64,000 nucleotides of DNA from an uncultured Armatimonadetes bacterium (GTDB taxonomy: Bacteria > Armatimonadota > Hebobacteria > Hebobacterales > Hebobacteraceae). The position numbers and the translations under genes were made by a program. Positions 17,650 through 26,938 of this stretch are shown here, piece after piece; position 1 is the first letter of the stretch, and the number at the start of each line of letters is the position of its first letter. Below the pieces are notes generated by a model. The model was not told the DNA's origin. It was given only the letters and a program-made list of their open reading frames with translations, and did not search any database. The DNA is taken from assembly GCA_963716175.1 (NCBI GenBank), contig OY970296.1, positions 1,376,001 through 1,440,000 of the forward strand, written 5' to 3'.

Positions 17650-19296
17650 TCAGCGCTTGAAGCGCCGGTTCAGGGCCAGTACGAACATCGCGATCAGTGA
17701 CGCTCCAATGATCCCCTCAGCCACTGACAAGTACTGCCCTGCGAGGTGCACAGGCCGGAATGGCTTGTCTGATCGGAGCAGCAGGCACATCGTCGAGTGC
17801 AGCAGGCCCTGCCAGAAACAAGGGACAGGCTGCGGCGTGCCCGCAGACGGGTTGGCCTGGAGGGCAAGAGGCGGAATGAAGACGAAGGCCGCTCCAAAGA
17901 CGCCGAGTACGCCGCCAATCCAGGCCAGCGGCAGCAGGTAGTCCTCCCCGTACCCGCTGATCCAACGATAGAGCGCGAGGAAGGACAGGTTGCGCTTGAG
18001 GAAGCGGAGGAGGCCGTTCTTCGGCGCGTGGGAGAGCCGCCGCATGTGCATCTCACCGAAATGGAAATCGCCCGCGGTGATGGGATCGCGCTGCTCCTCG
18101 TAGTTGTGCTTCAACTGCCGGTAGAGCTTGCCGATCAGGGCGTAGTCTTTCTCCTGGCCCTTCTCCTCTGGCCCCAGTTCATCCCAGAGTGCAAAGCGAC
18201 CGCGCGGCTTGAGGCGCGCCGGCCACCTGGCGCACACCCACGCCATGGGCCGGCTCAGCCGGCCTCCTCGCGCCATCAGGCGCTGCCACCTTGGACCCCA
18301 CAATGGCCGGCTCGCCCACTCCACATCAGTGAAATCCACGCGCCGCACATCGGCCCCGAGGAATCTGGCGCAGCCGAGGAAGACGTGCTGGAAGACGGCT
18401 ACCTCCGGCTGATGGAAGCTGGCCCCCTTGAGATCGGCCTCCGCTTTGCGAGAGAAGACCCACTGGTCCTCATATCCCTCGAAGCTCGCCTGGCCCGCGA
18501 ACGTGGAGCCCCGGAAGGCCGCCTGGCCCTGGAAGGTTGTTCCCACGAACCTCGCCTCGCGCTGGAATCTCGTCCCGCCGAAGTTCGCGTCGCCTTGGAA
18601 TCTCGCCAGAAAGAAGCCCGCGTCGCCCTGGAATCTCGTCCCGCCGAAGTTCGCGTCGCCTTGGAATCTCGCGTGGTGGAAGAACGCGCGGCCCTCGAAC
18701 CTCGCTCCAAAGAGGCTCGCGCCGCCCTGGAACCTGGCGGACGAAAACCCGGCCGCGCCCTGGAAGGTCGTCCCTCCGAAGTCCGCGCCGCCCTGGAACG
18801 TCGTCCGCCAGAAGATCGCGTTGCCGCTGAACGTCGCGAGCCAGAACGTCGCCGCGGCCTGGAACGTGGCTCCCTCGAAGGTCGCGGCGCGGTGGTACAG
18901 CATCTCGTCGAGGAACGCCTCGCCCCCGAACGTGGCTCCCTCGGAGCTCGCGCCGCCGTGGAACGTGGCTTCCTCGAAGCTCGCGCTGCCCTGGAACGTG
19001 GCTGCCTCGAAGCTCACGCTGCCCTGGAACATCGCGCGGTCGAGCCAGACCGGCCCCTCGAAGGTGTGACGGCTGAAACCTAGCCCATCCGGGAAAACAA
19101 ACCCGGTGAAGTCGTAGTGCTTGCGGGCCAGCATGGCTTCGATCTCGCGCTCAAAGGCCATCGCGTTCTTGTCGGGCTTCTCTGAGTGGCAGATGCACCG
19201 GCCCTGGTCGTCATACGTCTCTCGCCCGCACAGGCTGCCGTCGTGCATCGGCTGGATGCACTTGCCGCCAGCTTCCTGGGTTCGAGGCGCGGCCAT
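17650..19296 (-). CDS. Pentapeptide-repeat protein with N-terminal Cys/His motif and C-terminal TM region
   Basis: 11-residue-period A.F.xATFQG repeats, YRQLKHNYE...AGDFHFGEM, SGYGE and two TM helices. Confidence 0.85.
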   Translation of the reverse strand: MAAPRTQEAGGKCIQPMHDGSLCGRETYDDQGRCICHSEKPDKNAMAFEREIEAMLARKHYDFTGFVFPDGLGFSRHTFEGPVWLDRAMFQGSVSFEAATFQGSASFEEATFHGGASSEGATFGGEAFLDEMLYHRAATFEGATFQAAATFWLATFSGNAIFWRTTFQGGADFGGTTFQGAAGFSSARFQGGASLFGARFEGRAFFHHARFQGDANFGGTRFQGDAGFFLARFQGDANFGGTRFQREARFVGTTFQGQAAFRGSTFAGQASFEGYEDQWVFSRKAEADLKGASFHQPEVAVFQHVFLGCARFLGADVRRVDFTDVEWASRPLWGPRWQRLMARGGRLSRPMAWVCARWPARLKPRGRFALWDELGPEEKGQEKDYALIGKLYRQLKHNYEEQRDPITAGDFHFGEMHMRRLSHAPKNGLLRFLKRNLSFLALYRWISGYGEDYLLPLAWIGGVLGVFGAAFVFIPPLALQANPSAGTPQPVPCFWQGLLHSTMCLLLRSDKPFRPVHLAGQYLSVAEGIIGASLIAMFVLALNRRFKR

Positions 19297-19571
19297 AGCT
19301 CTCTTCCCCTCTTCCGCTGCTCTCGGGAAGGCATTCGGTGAGTCGCCGCCAGGCCCCTACCTCCGCGCGGCCTGGGTGCCGTGCTTGTGGCGGGGCGGCA
19401 ACGGTCCGCCACACGGCCGACGGCCAGCGGCGGGCATGCAGAGACATGCCCGCCCTACAGAACCCCAACGAGCAAGCGCAACCTGGAGAAAGGGGTCAGA
19501 TCCTGATGGTTGCTAGCGGCAAACATGCGTGCTATACTGCGGCCGTCTCGGATAAGGCAGGATGCGGTGCC

Positions 19572-22040
19572 ATGAACTTCGCTGAGTTCCTGGATCAGAT
19601 CGTGGCCGGCTCGCAGTATCGCGGGCAGATGGTGCACGTGCAGGAGATCCCGCCGCGGCCGGCGCGGTATGGGGCGCTGATGACGCCGCTGCCGGAGGCG
19701 CTGCGGCAGGCGCTGGCGCAGCTCGGCATCAGCCAGCTCTACTCGCACCAGGCGGAAGCGGTCGAGAACATCCGACACGGGAAGCATACCGCTATCGTCA
19801 CCTCCACCGCGAGCGGGAAGACCCTGTGCTACAACCTCCCGGTGCTGGAAGCGCTGCTGCGCGATCCGCAGGCGAAGGCGCTTTACCTCTTCCCCACCAA
19901 GGCGCTGGCTCAGGACCAAGTGCGGGGGCTGCGGAGGCTGGCCGACGCCCACCCGGACCTCGATGGCCTGGTGCGGTGCGGCACCTATGATGGCGACACC
20001 CCGGCCGCCACCCGTCGCAAGCTGCGCTACGAAGCCAATGTCATCATGTCGAACCCCGATATGCTGCACCAGGGAATCTTGCCCTACCACAGCCGCTGGG
20101 GGAGCTTCTTCTCCGATCTCAAGTACGTGGTGGTGGACGAGATTCATACCTACCGCGGCGTGTTCGGCTCCAATGTCGCGAATGTGCTGCGCCGGCTGAA
20201 CCGCATCTGCCGCCACTATGGATCCGAGCCCACCTATGTGCTGTGCTCGGCCACCATCGCGAATCCCAAGGAGCTGGCGGAGCGGCTGATCGGCCTGCCG
20301 GTGGAGCTGGTGGAGGACGATGGCTCGCCGAAGGGGCCCAAGCGATTCGCGCTGTGGAACCCGCCTTACCTGGACAGCGCGAAGATGGAGCGGCGCTCGA
20401 GCAATGAGGAGGCGCACGACCTGCTGGTCTCGCTGCTGCGGCAAGGAGTGCAGACCATCGCCTTCGCCCGCACCCGCATCGTGGCGGAGCTGCTCTATCG
20501 CTACACCGCGGAATCGCTGGAGAAGTTCAACCCTCTGCTCGCCGACGCGGTGCGGCCCTATCGCGCCGGCTATCTGCCGGAGGAGCGCAGGGAGATCGAG
20601 CGGCGGCTGTTCTCCGGGGAGCTGCTGGGAGTGACCAGCACCAATGCGCTGGAGCTGGGGATTGATGTCGGCAGCCTGGAGGCCTCGCTGATCGTGAGCT
20701 ACCCCGGCACCATCGCCTCCTTGTGGCAGCAGGCGGGGCGAGCGGGCCGCGGCACCGATGAGGCCCTGGTGGTGCTGGTCGCGTACAATGATCCGCTGGA
20801 TCAGTACCTGATGCAGAGGCCGGACTTCATCTTCGGCCGCTCGCCGGAGCACGCGGTGATTGACCCCGAGAACCCCTACATCCTGGCCGGGCACCTCAGG
20901 TGCGCGGCCTTCGAGCTGCCCCTGCGGGAGCAGGAGGGCGCGCTCTTCGGGGAGCACACCGTGCCGGTGGCCGAGATTCTGGAGGACGTAGGCCAGGTGA
21001 CGGAGATAGACCGGGCCTGGTATTGGGCGAGCACCGACTACCCCTCGGCCCAGATCAGCCTGCGGTGCGCCTCCGATGGCACCTATACCATCATGGACAT
21101 CTCCAACCGCAACCAGGTGATCGGCACCGTGGACGCGATCAGCGCGCCGGAGACGGTCTACCCGGGCGGCGTCTACCTGCATGACGGCGATACCTATCTG
21201 GTGCGGCGGCTCGATATCGAGGGCCGGGCCGCCTATGTGGAGCGGCAGGAGGTGGACTACTACACCCAGGCGATCCTGGACTCGAGCATCCGGGCCGGCG
21301 AGGTGCGCGCGGAGAAGGAGTGGAAGAAGGGACGGCTGCGCTTCGGCGAGGCCACGGTGAGCTGGCGCACCACGGCCTTCAAGAAGATCAAGTTCTATAG
21401 CCAGGAGAGCATTGGTTGGTCGGCGCTGGACCTGCCGGCCCAGCATCTGGAGACCGCGGCCTGCTGGTTCACCCCACCGCAGGAGGCGCTGGAGCTGGTC
21501 GCCGGGCATGGGCTGAAGCCGATCGAGGGGCTGGTGGGGATTCGGAATGTGGCGGTGAACATGCTGCCTCTGCTGGCGATGTGCGACCGGCTGGATGTGG
21601 GAGGGATCGTGGATTCGAGCAACACCGGTAGCCCTACTGTTTTCCTCTATGATCGCTATCCCGGTGGCATGGGGTTCGCGGAGAAGGGATACGAGCTGTT
21701 CGCGGAGCTGATGGAGCATTGCCTGGCCACGATCGAGAGCTGCCCGTGCGAGGGGGGCTGTCCCTCCTGCGTCGGGCTGCCGGTGACCCGGCCCCCACAG
21801 CAGATGGACCCCGATCTGGGGCATGGGTATCCGATCCCGGATAAGGAGGCGGCGCTGGTGCTGCTGCACCATCTGCTGGAACGGGAACCGTATCAGCCCC
21901 GCCGGCGGCGCCGCCCCCGCAAGGCCGCGCCCGTAGTGGAAGCCCCGCGGGCCGCGGCGGAAGCGCCGGCCGCGGTCTCGGTGGCCGAGCAAGTGGCGCG
22001 TCGGCTGCGGGAGGGAAGAAGGCCGCGGTTGGGGCTGTGA
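19572..22040 (+). CDS. mrfA: DEAD/DEAH helicase with DUF1998 (MrfA/Hrq1/SftH family)
   Basis: LYSHQ, TASGKT, PTKALAQDQ, DEIH, SAT, ALELGIDVG, QQAGRAGR and C-terminal MCD...CPCEGGCPSC. Confidence 0.9.
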   Translation: MNFAEFLDQIVAGSQYRGQMVHVQEIPPRPARYGALMTPLPEALRQALAQLGISQLYSHQAEAVENIRHGKHTAIVTSTASGKTLCYNLPVLEALLRDPQAKALYLFPTKALAQDQVRGLRRLADAHPDLDGLVRCGTYDGDTPAATRRKLRYEANVIMSNPDMLHQGILPYHSRWGSFFSDLKYVVVDEIHTYRGVFGSNVANVLRRLNRICRHYGSEPTYVLCSATIANPKELAERLIGLPVELVEDDGSPKGPKRFALWNPPYLDSAKMERRSSNEEAHDLLVSLLRQGVQTIAFARTRIVAELLYRYTAESLEKFNPLLADAVRPYRAGYLPEERREIERRLFSGELLGVTSTNALELGIDVGSLEASLIVSYPGTIASLWQQAGRAGRGTDEALVVLVAYNDPLDQYLMQRPDFIFGRSPEHAVIDPENPYILAGHLRCAAFELPLREQEGALFGEHTVPVAEILEDVGQVTEIDRAWYWASTDYPSAQISLRCASDGTYTIMDISNRNQVIGTVDAISAPETVYPGGVYLHDGDTYLVRRLDIEGRAAYVERQEVDYYTQAILDSSIRAGEVRAEKEWKKGRLRFGEATVSWRTTAFKKIKFYSQESIGWSALDLPAQHLETAACWFTPPQEALELVAGHGLKPIEGLVGIRNVAVNMLPLLAMCDRLDVGGIVDSSNTGSPTVFLYDRYPGGMGFAEKGYELFAELMEHCLATIESCPCEGGCPSCVGLPVTRPPQQMDPDLGHGYPIPDKEAALVLLHHLLEREPYQPRRRRRPRKAAPVVEAPRAAAEAPAAVSVAEQVARRLREGRRPRLGL

Positions 22041-22083
22041 AGGGGGCAAGAGACACTCTTCTGCCCTACGGACCGCGGAACTG

Positions 22084-22117
22084 CCCCACCCTTGCAGACC
22101 GCGCAAGGGTGGGCTAC
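22084..22117 (-). repeat. GTAG-type REP-like palindrome, family D
   Basis: CCCCACCCTTGC-AGACCGC-GCAAGGGTGGG-CTAC. Copy at 42357-42390. Confidence 0.78.
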
Positions 22118-22174
22118 TGTCTCTGCCTTGACGCTGCTGGCCTGCGAGGATAAACTGAGGCCACCGAGGCAAGG

Positions 22175-23029
22175 ATGCTCTCTGAGGCCCTGAAGGAACG
22201 GCTTTCGTCTCTTCGCCGGGGGCAGACGCAGCCCAGCCGGGCGCGGGCGCGCCCGGCGCGCACCACGCAGTTGGCGGACTGCTTTCCCGAGGGCGCGGCC
22301 CGCAGCACCCGCTACGGCGAAGTGTTCGTGTGTGAGCTGGCGCTGCGCGAGGCCTACTCCGACGCGGCCCGGCTCACCGACGCCTATCTCGCCGCCTTCG
22401 AGGAGGGCCATCGGCGGCCGGACAAGAGCGGGGCGGGCTCCTACCTAGAACTGCTGCGGGCGGCGAGCCCGGCGGGCACGGTGCTGATTGACACCGAGAC
22501 TGCGGGCCTGCACGGCCGGCCCCTTTTCCTGATCGGCCTGGTGCGGTGGCAGGGCGAGGAGCTGGTGCTGACCCAGTACTTCGCCCAGGACTACTCCCGG
22601 GAGCCGGCGGTGCTGGGGCAGTTGGCGGAGCTGCTTCCCGGGATCGAGCTGCTAGTCTCGTTCAATGGAAAGGCCTTCGACTGGCCCCTGGTGAGGGATC
22701 GCATGACCTACCACCGGCTGCGCTGCCGGCCGGCCTTCGCCCATCTCGACCTGCTGCACCCCTCCCGCAGGCGGTGGCGGGCGCAGTTGCCCAACTGCAA
22801 GCTCCCCACCCTCGAGCAGTATCTCTGCGGGCGGTGGCGGAGCGGGGACATCCCGTCTCACGAGATCCCGCAGCGCTATCACGACTTCGTGCGGGAACAG
22901 GACGCGCGTCTGATCGCGCCGGTGTTCCACCACAATCGCCTGGACCTGATCACCATGGTGGAACTGCTGGTCGCCCTGTCGGAGGGCAAGCAGCCCACCC
23001 ACAACCCCGCGTTGACCGGATGGAGATAG
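22175..23029 (+). CDS. mrfB: RNase H-like DEDD exonuclease (MrfB/YprB family)
   Basis: IDTETAGL, SFNGKAFDWP, HLDLLH and HNRLDL. Adjacent to the MrfA-like helicase. Confidence 0.82.
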   Translation: MLSEALKERLSSLRRGQTQPSRARARPARTTQLADCFPEGAARSTRYGEVFVCELALREAYSDAARLTDAYLAAFEEGHRRPDKSGAGSYLELLRAASPAGTVLIDTETAGLHGRPLFLIGLVRWQGEELVLTQYFAQDYSREPAVLGQLAELLPGIELLVSFNGKAFDWPLVRDRMTYHRLRCRPAFAHLDLLHPSRRRWRAQLPNCKLPTLEQYLCGRWRSGDIPSHEIPQRYHDFVREQDARLIAPVFHHNRLDLITMVELLVALSEGKQPTHNPALTGWR

Positions 23030-23032
23030 CCT

Positions 23033-23953
23033 ATGTCCGAACGTGATTCCCGACCACAACCATCGGCAAACCAAAGGCCGATCACCTACTACGATGTGCT
23101 GGACCTGGACCGCGACGCCACCCCCGAGGAGATCAAGGCCGCCTACTACGAACTGGCCAGGCAGTATCACCCGGATGTCGCCTCCGAGGATCCGGAGGTG
23201 GCGCAGAAGTTCGCGCTGATCAGCGCCGCCTATCGGGTGCTGAGCGATCAGCAGCGGCGCTATCAGTACGACCGCAGCCTCCCAAAGAAGAGCTATCCCC
23301 TGCGCCATCCCACGCCGCAGAAGATCTGGCGGGAGGCCACCGAGGTGGTCTTGATCCGCTCGGATCGGTTCGGGCCTCTCAACCAGGCGATGCAGGCGGT
23401 CGTGCCTATCACCCTGGACGGCGACCTGCTGGTGCTGACTATCCCTGGAAGCGAGCGCCATCTAGCCGGCCACCTGGAGACGGCGGCCAATCGTAACTCC
23501 ATCTGGAACGCGCTGGAGCTGGTCTACGGGCAGAGAATCACGTTCCGGATGATTGATGGGGTGACCGAGGAGGATTGGCAGGCGCTCAAGCAAGCGGAGG
23601 CGAGAGCGAGGGGTAGAGCGACTGCCGCCGGGGCCGAGCAGGCCACCCCGGGCTCCTCGGTTCGCGCGGCGCCCGGCGAGGGTTCCTGGGATGAGCTGAT
23701 CCAGCGCATGCACCGCCAGTATCAGCAGCTCGCAAGGCGCCAGTACCCCCAGTCCAAGGCGCGCTATCTGCGGGAGGCCTTGGGATGGATCGCGCGCACC
23801 GACGAGGAGCTGCGCTACGCCTCCGAGGGGAACGAGGATGCCCACGATCGTCTCCTGGCGCGCGCCATCGAGCGCCTGGCGGCTATCGTGGAGCTGTCCC
23901 CGGTGCTGATAGCGCTGGAGCTGGAGGCGCTGAAACGGGCGGGCGAGGTGTAG
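23033..23953 (+). CDS. J-domain (DnaJ-like) protein with uncharacterised C-terminal domains
   Basis: YYDVLDL...EIKAAYYELARQYHPD...AYRVLSD..RRYQYD. Confidence 0.85.
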   Translation: MSERDSRPQPSANQRPITYYDVLDLDRDATPEEIKAAYYELARQYHPDVASEDPEVAQKFALISAAYRVLSDQQRRYQYDRSLPKKSYPLRHPTPQKIWREATEVVLIRSDRFGPLNQAMQAVVPITLDGDLLVLTIPGSERHLAGHLETAANRNSIWNALELVYGQRITFRMIDGVTEEDWQALKQAEARARGRATAAGAEQATPGSSVRAAPGEGSWDELIQRMHRQYQQLARRQYPQSKARYLREALGWIARTDEELRYASEGNEDAHDRLLARAIERLAAIVELSPVLIALELEALKRAGEV

Positions 23954-23958
23954 CCGCG

Positions 23959-24651
23959 GTGGGCGGGGGGCGCTTGCTCGCCCTGCTGGCCGAGAGGCCG
24001 CGGCTGATCGTCAGCCTACCGGCCAACTCGCCCGACCTGGCGCGAGCGGCTGCGGAAGGGGGCGCGGACGCGCTGAAGGTCCATCTCCACGTGCGGCACG
24101 AGGCCTCCGGCACCCAGTTCGGCGACTTGCGGCAAGAGCGCGCCGCGCTGGAGCAGATCCTCTCACTGGGGCTTCCCACCGGCGTCGTACCCGGAGCCGG
24201 CGATCAGCTCCCAACCCCTGAGGAGATGCGCGAGCTGGCGGCAATGGGGATGGACTTCTTCGACCTCTACGCCCACGACATGCCGGCGTGGCTGGTGGGG
24301 TTCGAGGGTATGACGCGGGCGATCGCGGTAGACGAGCGGTGGGATGGGGAGAGCCTGTCGCACTACGCCGCCCTCGGCTTCGAGCTGATCGAGGCCGCGG
24401 TGGTGCCGCACGAGGGCTATGGCAAGCCGCTTTCCGTCTCCGACCTGGCCGCCTATCGTCGCCTGCGCCAGGCCACCAACCTGCCGATCATCCTGCCCAC
24501 CCAGCGCGCGATCCGGGCCGAAGAAGTGCCTCTGCTAGTCGGCCCCATCGGCCTCAATGCCATCATGATCGGCGTGATCGTGATGGGGCGGGAGCCGGAG
24601 AGCGTGCGGGCGGCGACGAAGCAGTTCGCAGCGGCGCTGGGCGCGGGTTGA
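23959..24651 (+). CDS. Conserved hypothetical TIM-barrel-like protein
   Basis: LIVSLP.N...LARAA.EGGADALKVH, PTQR.I and AIMIG. Start site uncertain. Confidence 0.65.
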   Translation: MGGGRLLALLAERPRLIVSLPANSPDLARAAAEGGADALKVHLHVRHEASGTQFGDLRQERAALEQILSLGLPTGVVPGAGDQLPTPEEMRELAAMGMDFFDLYAHDMPAWLVGFEGMTRAIAVDERWDGESLSHYAALGFELIEAAVVPHEGYGKPLSVSDLAAYRRLRQATNLPIILPTQRAIRAEEVPLLVGPIGLNAIMIGVIVMGREPESVRAATKQFAAALGAG

Positions 24652-24840
24652 ACGGCCGCTGGTCAGCGAACCGGGGACGGGAGGAGTGGGCAGATAACGG
24701 CGGCTCTGCGATATGCCTACGCGATCGCTCTCGCTGTCTCCCTCCTGCGCTCCAACACTGGGCTCGGCTGACACAAGTTACACGGAGCACTAGTCTGGTG
24801 GTTGGCTTGGCACCACCCCGCGTGTGCTGGGGGACGAACG

Positions 24841-26079
24841 ATGATACCGCACGACTGGGCCTTTGAGTCCTGGGGCTGGGTAGCCCTTGTGATGCGCGGC
24901 GGCGACGGTGAACGCTGGTGGCACAGCAATGCGAAGGTAGCGATCCAGAACGCTGTGCTCCAGCATGTGGTTCGGCCAGCAGTATCGCCGAGGCGCTGGT
25001 TTTTCAGGCGCGAAGCGCTGGAGCGCGATGTTGCACCTACGGACCTCTCCGGATCGCTGGGCCTATACGTGAAGCTCGACCCCCAGGTGGGGGATCCGGC
25101 AGAGGAACTCCGGCCGGTGCTTGGCGCGCTGGACAACGCAGGCCACAGAGTCCGAACAGTGCGGTTCTGGGACAGATGCTTCGGCCCTGGGTACGGTGGG
25201 CCTCTCGGTCATGCCGCGCTACGAGAGTTCTGCTGCGATGCCACAGAGGCTTTCCTCAGCCGTCTAGAGCCTCGGGATGTTGCTCCGATCCTGGAGGACT
25301 GGCGCAAAGAGGGAAACGCTTGCGACTGGGGTCTACGGCATTGGTTCTACTGGATCACGGCGGTCGGTGACCACGATCTGCTCCGTTCGCTCACCGAGCT
25401 GATCAGCCGCGTGGAAACCGTCTGTCACTGGCTCGAGACGCATCGCACATGGGTCGAACGAGAGCATAGCCAGTGGGACCGGAACCGTGACTGCCGGATC
25501 ACGATGTTCACCAAGGCTGTCAATGTCCTTAACAGCGTTCGCATCGGGCTAGGGCACGTTCGATTGGACATCGACAGGATGAACCACTTGGAGCTTCCCG
25601 CGGCCGGGCGCCTCGGCAGCGGCGATCTGCAGGAGTACCGTAGCTTTCTCGTGCTGGGCCTCGTCAACTTCATGCAGTGCGCGGTCGAGAGCTCCTTTCG
25701 GACATTCTTGCGCTCGGTTGACCCCGGCGCTTGCTCCGATGGCACCGACCCATCGTTCAAGAACATATACACTTGTCTCCTGAGCCAGCTCGGGTTGGCA
25801 GGGAAATGGGAGCCCTTACTCGAGCTCTGGCGCGAGCTGCGGAACACGGTCCACAATAACGGTATCTACCTGCCTGCGCCAAGGAAGGGACAGCAGCAGG
25901 ACACAGTCGTGGAGTTCGAAGGGTGCCCGTACAGATTCGAGGTTGGGAGGCGGCCGGAGTTCCTCGGCTGGGAGCTGTTGCTTCACTTGACGAGGAGAAC
26001 CGGAGAGATGATGCTGGATGTAGTGAAGTCCCAGGACGTGGCTGCGAAGAGCATCATCGAAGATCCGTCACCTCAGTGA
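24841..26079 (+). CDS. Hypothetical accessory protein (possible Lant_dehydr_C-like N-terminus and HEPN-like C-terminus)
   Basis: Visibly lower GC than the flanks. WFFRR...YGGPLG..ALREF and ELRNTVHNNG motifs. Confidence 0.6.
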   Translation: MIPHDWAFESWGWVALVMRGGDGERWWHSNAKVAIQNAVLQHVVRPAVSPRRWFFRREALERDVAPTDLSGSLGLYVKLDPQVGDPAEELRPVLGALDNAGHRVRTVRFWDRCFGPGYGGPLGHAALREFCCDATEAFLSRLEPRDVAPILEDWRKEGNACDWGLRHWFYWITAVGDHDLLRSLTELISRVETVCHWLETHRTWVEREHSQWDRNRDCRITMFTKAVNVLNSVRIGLGHVRLDIDRMNHLELPAAGRLGSGDLQEYRSFLVLGLVNFMQCAVESSFRTFLRSVDPGACSDGTDPSFKNIYTCLLSQLGLAGKWEPLLELWRELRNTVHNNGIYLPAPRKGQQQDTVVEFEGCPYRFEVGRRPEFLGWELLLHLTRRTGEMMLDVVKSQDVAAKSIIEDPSPQ

Positions 26080-26269
26080 CACAGAAGGACCCCTATGGGC
26101 CGATTGACATCATCCGTCGTCGCGCCCGGGGCAGCGGTCGAGCTAGCCATTCTCACCCCACCCTCGTGCCGGGCCGCGGGGTGTGACCGTTTTCCCTGGA
26201 TCGGCCGACTACAGCGGGGCATGCCCCCTTTCTTCTGGCTGTTAGGGGCGGCTGCCGCGCGCTGCCTTG

Positions 26270-26815
26270 CTGTCATCCTGAGCGACTCGTCCTGCGAAGC
26301 CTTGGCGAAGCAGGAAGCGAAGGATCTGTTCAAGTCGCCAGAGGCGACTGAAGAGGCAAGCGTCCGCTTGCCCGCCTCCGGAGGGCTGCTGCGGACGCTC
26401 GTCAACCGGAACGGATTCTTCGCCCGCCTCCGGCGGGCTCTGAATGACAACACGGGGAAAGCCAGAAACCTGGGGTCACAGCCGTACCGCGCCGCATCAC
26501 GCCGTCAGCAGGACCGGAACGGCGGGATTTTTCCCCTTCCTGCTTCGCCAAGGCTTCGCAGGACAGGTCGCTGCGCTCAGGGTCGGAATGACAGCAGCGG
26601 CCGTCGCAGTCCTTGCGGCCACACCCGCGGCCAAGACCACCGCCTTAAGGTGATCTGGTCAGGGATTGGACGCAGGGGGCCTTGTAGGGCGGCCATGCCG
26701 ACGCCTGCTTGCAGGCAGAGGCATAGCCGCCGTTGGTCGGGTTGCCGGATGCGGCGGCGATGCGCCTGCTCCACTTGGTTCCGCAGTCGCATGGCCGCCC
26801 TACAGCCCGATGCAG
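26270..26815. repeat. Mosaic cluster of nested REP-like palindromes
   Basis: TGTCATCCTGAGCG...GCGAAGGATCT, GATTCTTCG...GAATGACA, TCCTGCGAAGCCTTGGCGAAGCAGGA and GTAGGGCGGCCATGC units, in both orientations. Confidence 0.7.
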
Positions 26816-26874
26816 CCAAAGTGTCCCAGGTTGTCCTCCGAATAATGGTGCTCCTACACCCGCGGCGACTGCGG

Positions 26875-26903
26875 TTGACACTCCCTCGCTCTTGCTCTAT
26901 CCT
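26875..26903 (+). promoter_or_regulatory. Sigma70-type promoter for the ABC transporter gene
   Basis: TTGACA-17 bp-TATCCT. Confidence 0.6.
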
Positions 26904-26938
26904 CCCTCTACCTCTCGGCACCACCCGGACCGGCGCGC

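Noticed and set aside
19455-22172. Long antisense ORFs (also 1726-3159, 26897-28843, 44201-46219, 50436-52181, 55170-57134)
   Set aside because: They are shadow frames of well-supported genes in high-GC DNA.
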